Part shown: positions 35,859-49,938 of the stretch, piece after piece | Layout: every line of letters begins with the position of its first letter | Numbering within the stretch: position 1 is the stretch's first letter | Assembly (NCBI GenBank): GCA_964016885.1 | Contig: OZ024755.1 | Coordinates: 38,316,001 to 38,380,000, forward strand | Origin: Eledone cirrhosa | Taxonomy: Eukaryota | Reading direction: 5' to 3' | Length of the DNA: 64,000 nt | The notes under the pieces: generated by a model | What the model saw: only the letters and a program-made list of their open reading frames with translations | The model's database searches: none | What the model was told of the DNA's origin: nothing | Position numbers and translations under genes: made by a program

Positions 35859-36572
35859 CCTATATATATAATATTGAAACAAAGTCATCGGAAGAACTGG
35901 TGTATCTCCGACCGTTCTGTCACTCAATGCTTTAATTAAGCCAGCACCATTACGATACCAACCAAAAAAGAAAGCAGGGTGGACACTTATATGTTAATAG
36001 TGAGAGAACCGATTTCATGTGGGTAGAGAGTTTAATTCTCTGTCCCTGGACTAGGCACTAGTTTCTGTTACTCTGTCTGCTGGCGGCAGAGAGAGAGAGA
36101 GTGTAGATAGACCAAATGAAGGGGGCATCTGAGGGAGAAACCTGTTTTAAAGCTGTAGCATAATTATAATATATACATATATAATATATAATATATAATT
36201 ATAATATATACAAATAAAAGCACCCAGTCCATGCTGTAAAGTGGCGCTGGTGTTAGGAAGGGCATCCAACCAGTGTATCAATGCCAAAACGCTTATCAGC
36301 ACAGCAACAAATAGGAACATACATTGACACACACACACACACACACACACGCGCGCATACTGTATATGCTTGTGTATAAATTGTACTGGTAGATAAGTCA
36401 CATCTCCATTTTACATACATTTACAATTATTTTTACATCCACTTTTCCATGGTGGCATAGGTTGGGTGGGATGTTGTGAGATGTTTTCCAGCCAGGTGGC
36501 TTTCCTGGTGTCAACCGTTTCAGTATGACATGGACAGATACACTGTATCTAGTAGCTGAACTCTTGCCATTT

Positions 36573-36660
<88 letters not shown>

Positions 36661-36931
36661 CGTACCTCTGGCATTCGTAGTCCCGACATTCGTGCTCCCA
36701 GAAAAATGTGCAACTTTTACATGAGAGAAATTGATGGCTGCAAACTCTAAGAGTATTGAAATCGCTTGTAACAGATCCTGAGCAAGCAATGTCTGTGCTT
36801 TGAAGGTTTTTTAAGTGGGGAAAGGCCTTGCACTCGACTAATCCCACTCCCTGAGCATCGAAAACACTACCTGAAAAGAAGAACTTGTCAACATCATCGG
36901 ATGCTTCCGAAGCCGCAGAGTGTTAGTGGTG

Positions 36932-36984
<53 letters not shown>

Positions 36985-37244
36985 ATACTTTGGGAGGGTC
37001 ATGTTGCCAATAAGAAACACACACACCAGTTGCTTTCACTTCAATTTATTATAATAAATTTATAATAAATTTATAAATTTATAAATTTCTGGTTGGTTGG
37101 TTGGTTCCACAACCAGATAGTTGTTTATATATTGTCATAGTTCTTTCGTCACACACTCTGTATAACAATATCGGTTTCAACACACGATTTCAGATAAAGA
37201 ATCTTGTTAAACAAATTCAGAAACGAAATATATATATATATATA

Positions 37245-37699
37245 AGAAAATGTCACTGGACCGAGACCTTTGGCGGTACTCAGTAACAGAGAAGACCCGC
37301 CTTACCTAAATATATAGTAAAACCTACTCCAGCCAGTAGGCATCTCTAACAAATACACCCCGTCCCACCACCCCCACCCGATCCACACCACCCCGTTCTA
37401 TGTAAAGTTATGTTGGTGCCGCGCCATCGAGGCCGAAACAAATGAGATCGTGTAGGTGTCACGACAAAAAAACACACAGTCCACGCTGTAATGTGGCCGT
37501 GTAGGCAACACGGTAAAAACCTCCCAGACCCACACTGTAAATGTGGTTGGTGTTAGGAAGGGCATCCAACTGTAGAAAACCTGCCAGACAGTCCTATGCG
37601 AGCAAGACAATCACTCTTGCCTCAAGTGGGACTACCCCCGTCCAAACCCATGCAAGCGTGGAACACGGACGTTAAACGTTGATGATGATGATGATGATG
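37245..37699 (+). mobile_element. Short 3'-terminal copy of the same RTE family
   Basis: Near-identical by eye to ~52345-52810 (ATGTCACTGGACCGAGACCTTTGG...GGACGTTAAACGTTGATGATG). It follows a (TA)n tract. Confidence 0.92.
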
Positions 37700-38037
37700 A
37701 TATACACATAAATAAGTATATAATTTTATATGTGCAGTATTATTGATGTTTGTTAAAACCAAAAGTACATTAAAAAAATATGTAAAAAGTAACAGTAAAG
37801 TTCTCCCAAATATAATTATGCTACAGCTACAAAACAGGTTTTACCTCTGTTGCCCCCTTTTTTTTTGTCTCCATCTACTTTCTCTCTCTCTTTCTTTCCC
37901 CCTTATTTTTTATTTTATTTTGATTGTGAGCAATCCAAAGCAATAGAAGCTTTTTATTCCCTTGCACCACCTGCACCCAGCTACCAACATCCTGCACTAT
38001 TGTCAATAATAATAACAATAATTACATTTTATTGATC

Positions 38038-38515
38038 TATGTTCTTGTTTGTCCAACAGATGTGTCTCTCTCTCCCTAATATTCTTGTTTGTCCAACATA
38101 TGTGCGTCTCTCTCTCCCTAATATTCTTGTTTGTCCAACAGATGTGTCTCTCTCTCCCTAATATTCTTGTTTGTCCAACAGATGTGTCTCTCTCTCTCTC
38201 TCTCCCTAATGTTCTTGTTTGTCCAACAGATGTGTCTCTCTCTCTCGCTAATTTTCTTGTTTGTTCAAAAGATGTGTGTCTCTCTCTCTCTCCCCCTAAT
38301 ATTCTTGTTTGTCCAACAGATGTGTCTCTCTCTCTCCCTAATATTCTTGTTTGTTCAAAAGATGTGTGTCTCTCTCTCTCTCTCCCCCTAATATTCTTGT
38401 TTGTCCAACAGATGTGTCTCTCTCTCTCCCTAATATTCTTGTTTGTCCAACAGATGTGCCTCTCTCTCCCTAATATTCTTGTTTGTCCAACAGATGTCTC
38501 TCTCTCTCTCTAATA
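38038..38515. repeat. ~40-50-bp tandem repeat with variable (CT)n (TAATATTCTTGTTTGTCCAACAGATGTG-(TC)n)
   Basis: About 11 copies visible. Confidence 0.9.
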
Positions 38516-38777
38516 CTTCTATTTTCACACCCAACAGATTTATCTCTCTCTCTCTTTCTCTAATTCTTCTACTTTCCCTTATCTTTATTTTATATTTTAT
38601 ATATTTTACTACTTTTTTGTGCATTTTGTTCTATTTATTGATTGTTTCATTTCATTCTAGGTTGTCTAGGTTTAGATGTGCCGTATCTACATTGCTTCCA
38701 GACTCCAGTATCAATATCTTATTTCAGTGTTCCTTTCATCTTTTAGAAATAATAATCTATTGCTGAATCATCAGTAT

Positions 38778-38812
<35 letters not shown>

Positions 38813-38996
38813 TCCTCACCCCTTCCCTCTCTCTCGCTCTTCCTCACCCCTCCCTTTCTCTCTCGCTCTTCCTCCCCCCTTCCCCTCTTGCCCCCTCCCC
38901 ATCTATCTTCATCTATCTTCCTCCCACTCTCTCTCTCTCTCTCCCTCTCCCAATCTCTCTCTCTCTCTCTCTCCATGTGCATTTAAGCTCTTAGAT

Positions 38997-40772
38997 GGGT
39001 GTGGCTGAAGAGAAGTGACCAACAGGGTCAGTAGAAGTAGCAGGGTGTGGCTGAAGAGAAGTGACCAACAGGGTCAGTAGAAGTAGCAGGGTGTGGCTGA
39101 AGAGAAGTGACCAACAGGGTCAGTAGAAGTAGCAGGGTGTGGCTGAAGAGAAGTGACCAACAGGGTCAGTAGAAGTAGCAGGGTGTGGCTGAAGAGAAGT
39201 GACCAACAGGGTCAGTAGAAGTAGCAGGGTGTGGCTGAAGAGAAGTGACCAACAGGGTCAGTAGAAGTAGCAGGGTGTGGCTGAAGAGAAGTGACCAACA
39301 GGGTCAGTAGAAGTAGCAGGGTGTGGCTGAAGAGAAGTGACCAACAGGGTCAGTAGAAGTAGCAGGGTGTAGCTGAAGAGAAGTAACCAATAGGGTCAGT
39401 AGAAGTAGCAGGGTGTAGCTGAAGAGAAGTGACCAACAGGGTCAGTAGAAGTAGCAGGGTGTGGCTGAAGAGAAGTAACCAACATAGTCGGTAGAAGTAG
39501 CAGGGTGTGGCTGAAGAGAAGTGACCAACAGGGTCACTAGAAGAACCAGGGTGTGGCTGAAGAGAAGTGACCAACAGGGTCAGTAGAAGTACCAGGGTGT
39601 AGCTGAAGAGAAGTGACCAACAGGGTCAGTAGAAGTGTAGCTGAAGAGAAGTGACCAACAGGGTTAGTAGAAGTAGCAGGGTGTGGCTGAAGAGAAGTGA
39701 CCAACAGGGTCAGTAGAAGTGTAGCTGAAGAGAAGTGACCAACAGGGTCAGTAGAAGTAGCAGGGTGTGGCTGAAGAGAAGTGATCAACAGGGTTAGTAG
39801 AAGTAGCAGGGTGTGGCTGAAGAGAAGTGACCAACAGGGTCAGTAGAAGTGTAGCTGAAGAGAAGTGACCAACAGGGTTAGTAGAAGTAGCAGGGTGTGG
39901 CTGAAGAGAAGTGATCAACAGGGTTAGTAGAAGTAGCAGGGTGTGGCTGAAGAGAAGTGACCAACAGGGTCAGTAGAAGTGTAGCTGAAGAGAAGTGACC
40001 AACAGGGTTAGTAGAAGTAGCAGGGTGTGGCTGAAGAGAAGTGATCAACAGGGTTAGTAGAAGTAGCAGGGTGTGGCTGAAGAGAAGTGATCAACAGGGT
40101 TAGTAGAAGTAGCAGGGTGTGGCTGAAGAGAAGTGACCAACAGGGTCAGTAGAAGTAGCAGGGTGTAGCTGAAGAGAAGTGACCAACAGGGTCAGTAGAA
40201 GTGTAGCTGAAGAGAAGTGACCAACAGGGTTAGTAGAAGTAGCAGGGTGTGGCTGAAGAGAAGTGACCAACAGGGTCAGTAGAAGTGTAGCTGAAGAGAA
40301 GTGACCAACAGGGTTAGTAGAAGTAGCAGGGTGTAGCTGAAGAGAAGTGACCAACAGGGTCAGTAGAAGTAGCAGGGTGTAGTTGAAGAGAAGTGACCAA
40401 CAGGGTCAGTAGAAGTAGCAGGGTGTGGCTGAAGAGAAGTGACCAACAGGGTCAGTAGAAGTAGCAGGGTGTGGCTGAAGAGAAGTGACCAACAGGGTCA
40501 GTAGAAGTAGCAGGGTGTAGCTGAAGAGAAGTGATCAATAGGGTCGGTAGAAGTAGCAGGGTGTGGCTGAAGAGAAGTGACCAACAGGGTCAGTAGAAGT
40601 AGCAGGGTGTAGCTGAAGAGAAGTGATCAATAGGGTCAGTAGAAGTAGCAGGGTGTAGCTGAAGAGAAGTGATCAACAGGGTCAGTAGAAGTAGCAGGGT
40701 GTGGCTGAAGAGAAGTGACCAACGGTCAGTAGAAGTGTAGCTGAAGAGAAATGACCAACAGGGTCAGTAGAA
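38997..40772. repeat. 46-bp minisatellite with a shorter deletion variant (~40 copies)
   Basis: GGGTGTGGCTGAAGAGAAGTGACCAACAGGGTCAGTAGAAGTAGCA; period 38997/39043. Confidence 0.96.
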
Positions 40773-41544
40773 TAACAGATATTGTCCAGGCTAACCCCAA
40801 ATCCTGAAGCTTGGTGAATTATAGTCAGATTATAATCTGATAATTATCTGGACGACAGTTGTAAGATGAGTGACTCTGGGATCACTAATGATGTGTCTTA
40901 GTATCCATACATGATATATCGTAAACTACAGTCAGGGGTTCTGTTTCATTTCAACCCACCCAAAAAACTGTCTCTGTTTCTAAAAAATAAAAAATAAAAA
41001 GTGCCTCATTTTAAACGGTTTCTGTTTAAATTAAAACCTCTTAATTTTAATAACGAAATAATTAATTATTTTAGTAAACCCCTTCAAATTCTTCATTATG
41101 GTAATATAAAGGTTAAGAGCTGATTAATTCTACCCAATACCACCACCACCAACACTACTACCACCATTGATATCAACACCACCACCACCTACAACAACAC
41201 TAACACCAACACCATCACTAACACCAACTACTACTACTACTACTACTACTCTTACTACTACTACTACTAACTTTTATTACAAAGTATTTACAGGTGAGCC
41301 ATAGTCCAGCAGATCTATGATGAAATGTGTTCCAACCTCCCATCACTTGCTCCCTCACCAGCAAACATGAAGCTATCATTACCCTCTCTACGATAAAATG
41401 CACCCAGTACACTCTGTAAAGTGGTAGTGCTAGTACCACGATAAAATGTACCAGTACACTCTGTAAAGTGGTAGTGCAGGTACCATGATAAAATGCACCC
41501 TGTACTGGTGCCATGATAAAATGCACCCAGTACTTTCTGTTCAT

Positions 41545-42152
41545 AAACCACATCTCACCCATATGATCCAGGGTTTCTTGGCAAAGAAAAACATTACCAG
41601 TAAGCTCATTCTTCACCAGGCTCCCTACTCTCCTGACACTCGCCTGCTTCGACACATTCAAACATAAGCTGGCAACATCTGACTTTGAGAGAGATATATG
41701 CCGGCCTCCCACGCATATCTGACGTACATAAAAGGAGAGTAAGATTTGCTGGCCACTGCCATCGTGCCACCTATGAGACTGTCCCCTTTAGTGCTTTGGA
41801 AACCACAAGCAGTCACTAATAACAGGGGGCACAAGCTCTCCTATCTCTGTCATCTCCAGAGATTCTGGTATTGAAATCCAGGGCTTGACAACGGCAATGA
41901 ACGACAGACCCACGTAGGGATCAATTGTTGAGTCCATTTTGGCTGTGGCCGCCTGATGATGATGGAATTGAGAGCCATTCCAAAAGAAGTAATCCAGATG
42001 TCTTGAATCAAACAGTGAAAAGATCACTAGGCTAAGTGTGTGAGGACACAGGGTAACTCATTAGATGGGGATTAACAATCAAACCCCACCAAGTACATAA
42101 TCCCCCCCCCCCCCCCAGCCTAAGGTCAGTTACCTTTTTGAAGGACCTCATA
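41545..42152 (+). mobile_element. Degenerate mariner transposase remnant split by an RTE-like 3' fragment (~41640-41965)
   Basis: PHLTHMIQGFLAKKNI...HQAPYSPD is the mariner YSPDL motif. 41970-42075 resembles a mariner C-terminus (AIPKE...KCVRTQG..GD*), followed by a TIR-like TTTTTGAAGGACCTCATA. The insert shows RVRFAGHCHRA and ends TGATGATGAT. Confidence 0.6.
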
Positions 42153-42594
42153 TATACATACATATGCACACACACATACACACACTCACATGTATACAGA
42201 CTCACATATACACACACTCACAAATATATATATACAAGCACATAAACATACACCAACGTACACACACACACATGTGATATCATTTGTGATAATCTTTCAA
42301 TTGAGATACTAGAAATAATTGCTCTCTTTAGTTTTCCAGGAATTTCATGCTATATAATTTATTTATATATTTATTTGAAAGTTAACAAATTTGATACCCA
42401 CTGAATGGAACAAACTGGACTATTTTTTTCTCATTATTTAAAGTAATTGCTCTAGAAATATTATTTTGTTTCTTTCAACATTTAACATTCTCAGCTCAAA
42501 TCAACAACATTTTTCTCCAAATGAAATGGGATATATATCATCATCATCATCGTTTATTGTCCATTTTCCATGTTAACATGGGTTGGACTATATA

Positions 42595-42714
42595 TAACAA
42601 AATTTAATATAGAAATGGCTTCTATAGGATTAGAACAATTTCATTCAAAGGAAATCATCAGGAATGAAACAGTTCTAGTCCTGTAGAAGCCATTTCTATT
42701 TTAAATTTTGTATA
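42595..42714. repeat. Small fold-back (~50-bp arms) with hammerhead-core remnant
   Basis: ACAAAATTTAATATAGAAATGGCTTCTA...TAGAAGCCATTTCTATTTTAAATTTTGT. Minus strand CTGATGA..GAAA lies at the centre. Confidence 0.65.
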
Positions 42715-42938
42715 CACTCTACTAATGTATTGAGTACCTTACTTACTGTGGTTACCCTTGTTTGAACCGGGGAACCCCACACATATATTCTTTTATTCTT
42801 TGACTACTTCAGTCATTAGTCTGCAGCCATGCTGGGGAAATCCCCTTGAAAGGGTTTAGTTGATCCTATCAACCTTAGTACTTACTATTTTCCAGTCTGT
42901 TATTTTATCAATCTCTTTTTGTCAAACTGCTACATTAT

Positions 42939-43024
<86 letters not shown>

Positions 43025-43342
43025 TACGATGTGCTCTCTGTTAACCAAATTTTGCTCACAACCCAACGTAATAGTAGAAGACACTTGCATAAGTGTTGTA
43101 GGGGAAAAAACCCTGAATACCCTCGCGTAGCTAAAAGTGGACTAGGCGAAAAGTCTATAAATAAGAACTGAAGTGAACTGTCAGGTAGACTGTGTGTATG
43201 GAGTCTCGTGGTCTCTCGTTGGTAGTTCGGAATTACGCCTGGTGGATACCTTGGGTGCTACCCTCATTTCGTAGATCTACAAAACTGGTGTGTCACACCA
43301 TTATAGCAATAAGGTTCCACACACTGGGACTGTGTGTATGTA

Positions 43343-43434
<92 letters not shown>

Positions 43435-43453
43435 CACAGAGAGAGAGAGAGAG

Positions 43454-43788
43454 AGAGGCACATGGCTTAGTGGTTAGAGCATTGGGCTTGCAATCAAAAG
43501 GTTGTGAGTTCAATTCTCAGACCGGGTGATGTGTTTTTTCCTTGAGCAAGGCACTTTATTTCACATTGCTCCAGTTTACTCAGCTGTAGAAATGAGATGA
43601 TAGGGACTGGGGTCCATATCATTCCACTGCAAAGTGGTGGTGGAGGTGCCATGGCAAAAAAGCACCCAGCACTCACTGTAAATGAGGTTGGTGTTAGGAA
43701 GGGCATCCAGCTGTAGAAATCAAGCCAGAATCAGTTCCCGTCCCACCCTTGCAAGCAGGGAAAAGCGGGCGTAAAATGATGATGATGA

Positions 43789-43792
<4 letters not shown>
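43454..43792 (+). mobile_element. CORE/RTE-tail SINE copy
   Basis: Reverse complement of 4422-4768. It ends in GATGATGAT abutting (TA)n. Confidence 0.9.
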
Positions 43793-43856
<64 letters not shown>

Positions 43857-43860
<4 letters not shown>

Positions 43861-44082
43861 GTAGTTCCACATAAAGTTAGTTCACCATTACCGAGAACAA
43901 TTGTTTCACCTTATTCGGCTGATCATCCACTTTTTTTAAACAGAGCTGATGATCCAAATAAGGTGAAACAATTGTTCTCAGTGATGGTGAACTAACTGTT
44001 GTGGAACTACTTCTTCCAAACTGGTCCCATGGACTGAGTGCTCTACTACTACGGATATAACCCTCCAGTGTTCTACTTCCAT
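43857..44082. mobile_element. PLE-derived fold-back with hammerhead, between (TA)n tracts
   Basis: ~43857-43918 is the reverse complement of ~43953-44013. Confidence 0.75.
43943..43979 (+). ncRNA. Minimal hammerhead ribozyme
   Basis: GAG-CTGATGA-TCC(aaataa)GGT-GAAA-CAATTG-TT-CTC, with palindromic stem III ACAATTGT. Confidence 0.75.
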
Positions 44083-44621
44083 ATATATATATAAATAATA
44101 AATAATAAATAATAATGAAATTATTGTGTACAGTGCTCAGGTGCACTACAACTCATCAAAGGTGCATGTATAGTACATAGAATAATGTACAAATGTCAGG
44201 AAAATGAACAGTGTATGAGTCATGATATAATAATAATAATAATGAAATATTGTGTACAGTGCCCAGGTGCACCACAACTCATCAAAAAGTGCATGTACAG
44301 TACATAGGGCAATGTACAAACATCAGTAAAATGAACAGTGCACGAGTCATGATACACACATGTGTGCATGTGTATGGAAGGGGTACATCAGGTATATATT
44401 TATATAAATATAAATTAGCGAGAATCGTATTTGGCTTTGGAAATTAGCGAAAAACAACTTCCGAGATGTGTGGCAAGCGCTCAATAATTCTAACGAACCA
44501 GAGCTACAACATACGTTAAAAGGCCAAACACACTGAGACGATGGTTAAACCATTATCCGCACAGCCATAGAAACGACCAAGTAATTCGGGTCAAACAAAT
44601 AAAAAAAATATGATTGAAAAT

Positions 44622-44967
44622 GAAAATTGCACAAGTTCAAAAGAGCCACAGAATGTTATAATAAACCTTCAAAAGTGTGGGACTAGAGTTGTTGCTCAAA
44701 AATATTGTAATCATTATCTATCGTACAATCTGTGGCATCCTTTATAAAAATATCACAATAAATACATCTATGTTTATTAATATTACGTAATTATTTATAG
44801 CTGTTATTACATTAAACATAGATGTATTTATTGTGATATTTTTATAAAGGATGCAACAGAATGTACGATAGATAATGATTACAATATTTTTGAGTAACAA
44901 CTCTAGTAACACACTTTTGAAGGTTTATTATAACTTTCTGTGGCTCTTTTGAGCTTGCGCAATTTTC
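44622..44967. repeat. Fold-back (~155-bp arms)
   Basis: GAAAATTGCACAAGTTCAAAAGAGCCACAG... pairs with ...CTGTGGCTCTTTTGAGCTTGCGCAATTTTC. Confidence 0.8.
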
Positions 44968-45216
44968 AGGTCTAGTATATATATATATATATATTTTTCT
45001 CAACCTGATTAGTTCTATCGTTCCTTTGGTATATATTGTGTGTTAGTTTCACCTACCACAATGTTCGATTTGTCAAGCTATTTAAACATATGTTATAACT
45101 CTGAAACCTATCTTATCGAGTGCTTTGCTACTCATCATTTCATATAAGTAGGCCGAATTTACTTGCAAACCGCCAGAGATTCGATTTTACTGATTTCCAA
45201 TTATATATATATATAT

Positions 45217-45483
45217 ATAGTTATGTAATAAACAACATAAGGCAATTATTTCATTTACCAGTGGTTTCTTAAAAGCAAAAAAATTTTGCTTTCAATCATC
45301 AGAATGAAAAAATCCTGGTGTATTTATTGGCGTTGGATTTTAAAAACCCACGGTTTTTAAAATCCAACGCCAATAAATACACCAGGATTTTTTAATTCTG
45401 ATGATTGAAAGCAAAATTTTTTTTCTTTTAAGAAACCACTGGTAAATGAAATAATTGCCTTATGTTGTTTATTACATAACTAT
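45217..45483. repeat. Near-perfect ~265-bp palindrome
   Basis: Arms of ~130 bp around AAAACCC-ACG-GTTTT. Contains CTGATGA...GAAATAATT. Related to ~30100-30160. Confidence 0.88.
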
Positions 45484-45989
45484 TAAACTCTGTTACCTAC
45501 ATAGAGCACTCTTTTTTCCTGGACTTTTCCGACGGAATTACTTCATTTACACATATATATATGGAAGTAGAACACTGGAGGATTATATCGATAGTAGTAG
45601 AGCACTCAGTCCATAGGATGAGTTTGGTAGAAGTAGTTCCACAACAGTTAGTCCCACACTTTTGAAGGTTTATTATAACATTCTGTGGCTCTTTTGAGCT
45701 TGCGCATTTTTCATGTCTAGTTTAATATTTTTTTAAGGCAACACTTGTAATAACTCTAGTTAAACATGATATATATTAATAATAAATTATCGTTGTAATG
45801 TAATTAGATTATATAATTGTTATTATAAATGATCTTATGAATATTAGTGTAAGATGTATAAAAATATTTTCAGACTTTTAATATAAACAACAATAAAAAA
45901 CAATCAATATTAAATCAATATATTATACATAATAGAAAACATAAAATAAATAAACAATATAAAAATAAACCTCAGTTTTATATATATAT

Positions 45990-46322
45990 GCACATGGCTT
46001 AGTGGTTAGAGCATTGGCCTTGCAATCGAAAGGTTGTGAGTTCAATTCCCAGACCGGGTGAGGTGTTGTTTCCTTGAGCAAGACACTTTATTTCACATTA
46101 CTCCAGTTTACTCAGCTGTAGAAATGAGATGATAGGGACTGGGGTCCCTATCATTCCACTGCAAAGTGGTCGTGGAGGTGCCACGGCAAAAAAGCACCCA
46201 GCACTCACTGTAAATGAGGTTGGTGTTAGGAAGGGCATCCAGCTGTAGAAATCAAGTCAGAATCAGTTCCCGTCCCACCCTTGCAAGCAGGGAAAAGCGG
46301 ACGTAAAATGAAATGATGATGA
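45990..46322 (+). mobile_element. CORE/RTE-tail SINE copy
   Basis: Near-identical to 43454-43792. It follows a short (TA)n. Confidence 0.9.
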
Positions 46323-47164
46323 AAATGATATATACATATCAAAGATTTTTAAATGAATGTGACACAAATTTTTACAATGTTTTTAGAAAAAATATTTTTA
46401 CAAATATTTACAAAGTGCAGTTTGTATTACAATCGGAACTCTGCCTATACTCAATTGCAATATATAAAGAGGAACAAGATACAAAGATATATTTCTTTAT
46501 TTGGCACAAGGGCGCACAAAAATGGGACATTACAGAACATGAATATATGCTATTTTGAAGTGTTTAAACATTTTTTACAAACAAAAATTTAGAATCGTTT
46601 TGTACAAACGATAAATTAAAAAATATTTGTATAAACTTTTACGATAGACTTTCATCTTATCTATTGACTGCCTAACCCTAACCCTAACGTCAATATATTA
46701 AATTTGTTTTAAAAATAGTTAATATAAATTTTAAAAAATCATATAACGACAAACTAACAAAAATAAATGAACTTGGAAAACAAACAAAAAAACATGGCGG
46801 ATGCTTTTGAACAACACTTACTCTGATTGGTTGAAAATTAGCCAATGGCATGTAATTACCATGGCCACGGCCAGACCTTGAAGAAAAAATTGAGGGTCTA
46901 CACATATATGTTAGAACACTAAAGTGACTTAAACATTCTGTTGTTAGTCACTTCGTGTCAAACAGATATATATATATATTTATATTAAAATAACAGATTA
47001 AAGTTTAAGCAAAGAATTGTTGCTTTCACCCTTAACAGGATCTTCTGAACTGTAGAGCAAATATTTATTTTAATAAATATTTGCTCTACGGTTCTTATAT
47101 ATCTGATATATATTTATCCTTATCGAGCCCTCTTTGGATTTTAGTCTTCAAATTTATTATTATT

Positions 47165-48230
<1,066 letters not shown>

Positions 48231-48699
48231 TGAGTAAGAAATAGGTTTTGCCATAATTTGACTAAAGAAAATTAGCGCGATAGTGGGGTTTAAAACCCTC
48301 TAAATGGAAAAGGATAAGTATTGATATACATATATATATATACATATATATATATATAAAACTTTTTAATTTTTATTTTCTTTGCACTTTTCCTTTTGTG
48401 TTTTTCCTGATGAAGGGCAAATGCCCAATACACTGACTCTGTAACTTACCTTTCTTACTCCAAGCATGTTATTGCATCTTGTTTGTTCGTTTTTATATAT
48501 ATATATTTAGTAAGAAGTGTATTAGCTGCCGAAGTGTATGATAAAGTTATATCTGTATCAATACAGGCTGTGTAACTGAGACTGCACCAATGTGGTGAGT
48601 ATGGCTACATCCCTGAAGACATGACCAAATCCAAACAGGAAGAGGTGGAGGTCAACCAGGGAGGTGTTCCTACAACAGGAGTGAGAAGCCCTGGTTTGG

Positions 48700-48745
48700 A
48701 GATATACACACACACGCACATACACACACACACATATCTATATCT

Positions 48746-48789
<44 letters not shown>

Positions 48790-48982
48790 CCACCCACACA
48801 CATATACATATATATATATATATATATCTACACACACACACACACATATATATATATCTACAGACACACACACACACACATATATATATCCACACACACA
48901 TATATATATATATATATATCTACACACACACACACACATATATATATATCTACAGACACACACACACACACATATATATATC

Positions 48983-49013
<31 letters not shown>

Positions 49014-49398
49014 CTACACACACACACACACATATATATATATGTGTGTGTGGATATATATATGTGTGTGTAGATATATATATATATGTGTGGATATATA
49101 TATGTGTGTGTGTGTAGATATATATATGTCTGTAGATATATATATATATGTGTGTGTAGATATATATATATGTGTGTGTGTGTGTGTGGATATATATGTG
49201 TGTCTGTAGATATATATATGTGTGTGTGTGTGGATATATATATATATGTGTGGATATATATCTACACACACATATATATATCCACACACACACACATATA
49301 TATCTACAGACACATATATATATCCACACACACACATATATATATATCTACACACACATATATATATATATCCACACACACACACACATATATATATA
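48700..49398. repeat. Compound (TA)n(CA)n repeat with an internal strand inversion (~49030-49258)
   Basis: TATATCTACACAC units switch to GTGTAGATATA and back. Confidence 0.85.
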
Positions 49399-49475
49399 AC
49401 GAGGGAATTGTGGTAAGGAACCAGGTGGACCATAACGCACCAGAGTACTCAATACTTAGAGTAGTAGAGTGGGTG

Positions 49476-49592
49476 ATAGGAAAAGGTATGACCCCGACGG
49501 CAGAGCTCAAGCCATTTCGATGGCTATTTCACGACTAGAAATAGCCGTCGAAACGGCTTGAGCTCTGCCGTCGGGGTCATACTTTTTCCTAT
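49476..49592. repeat. GC-rich fold-back (~55-bp arms)
   Basis: ATAGGAAAAGGTATGACCCCGACGGCAGAGCTCAAGCC...GGCTTGAGCTCTGCCGTCGGGGTCATACTTTTTCCTAT, followed by (TA)n. Confidence 0.85.
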
Positions 49593-49601
49593 ATATATAT
49601 A

Positions 49602-49920
49602 CACCCCCGTCCCACTACCCCTACCCCACCGCCATCTACACCACCCCTTTCGATGTAAAGCTATGTTGGTACCACAACATCCAGTCCTCAATAAATGAGG
49701 TCGTGTAGGTGTCACGACAAAAAAACCACACAGTCCATGCTGTAATGTGGCCGTGTAGGTAACACGGTAAAAACCTCCCAGTCCACACTGTAAACGTGGT
49801 TGGTGTTAGGAAGGGCACCCAGCCATAGAAAACCCGCAAGACAACCAATCTTGCCTCAAGTGGGACAATTCCCGTTCAGACCCATGCTAGCGTGGAAGAT
49901 GGCCATTAAACGATGATGAT
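49602..49920 (+). mobile_element. 3'UTR fragment of a sister RTE subfamily
   Basis: Colinear but diverged match to ~52455-52800, ending AAACGATGATGAT. Flanked by (TA)n on both sides. Confidence 0.85.
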
Positions 49921-49938
49921 ATATATATATATATATAT

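Noticed and set aside
36658-36930. TA-flanked insert starting CAGCGTACCTC, Tigger/pogo-like
   Set aside because: No matching right TIR was found, so it cannot be classified.
39005-39042. CTGAAGAG...TGACC/GGTCA...GAAG in the 46-bp unit as a tandem hammerhead (satellite-2-like)
   Set aside because: GAAA and stems I/III are missing, and stem II is not adjacent to the core.
43454-43530. tRNA genes at SINE heads
   Set aside because: A/B boxes are present, but they run into SINE bodies with no complete acceptor stem.
46671-46688. Interstitial telomeric (CCCTAA)n
   Set aside because: Fewer than three units; too short to support a telomere-healing or fusion claim.
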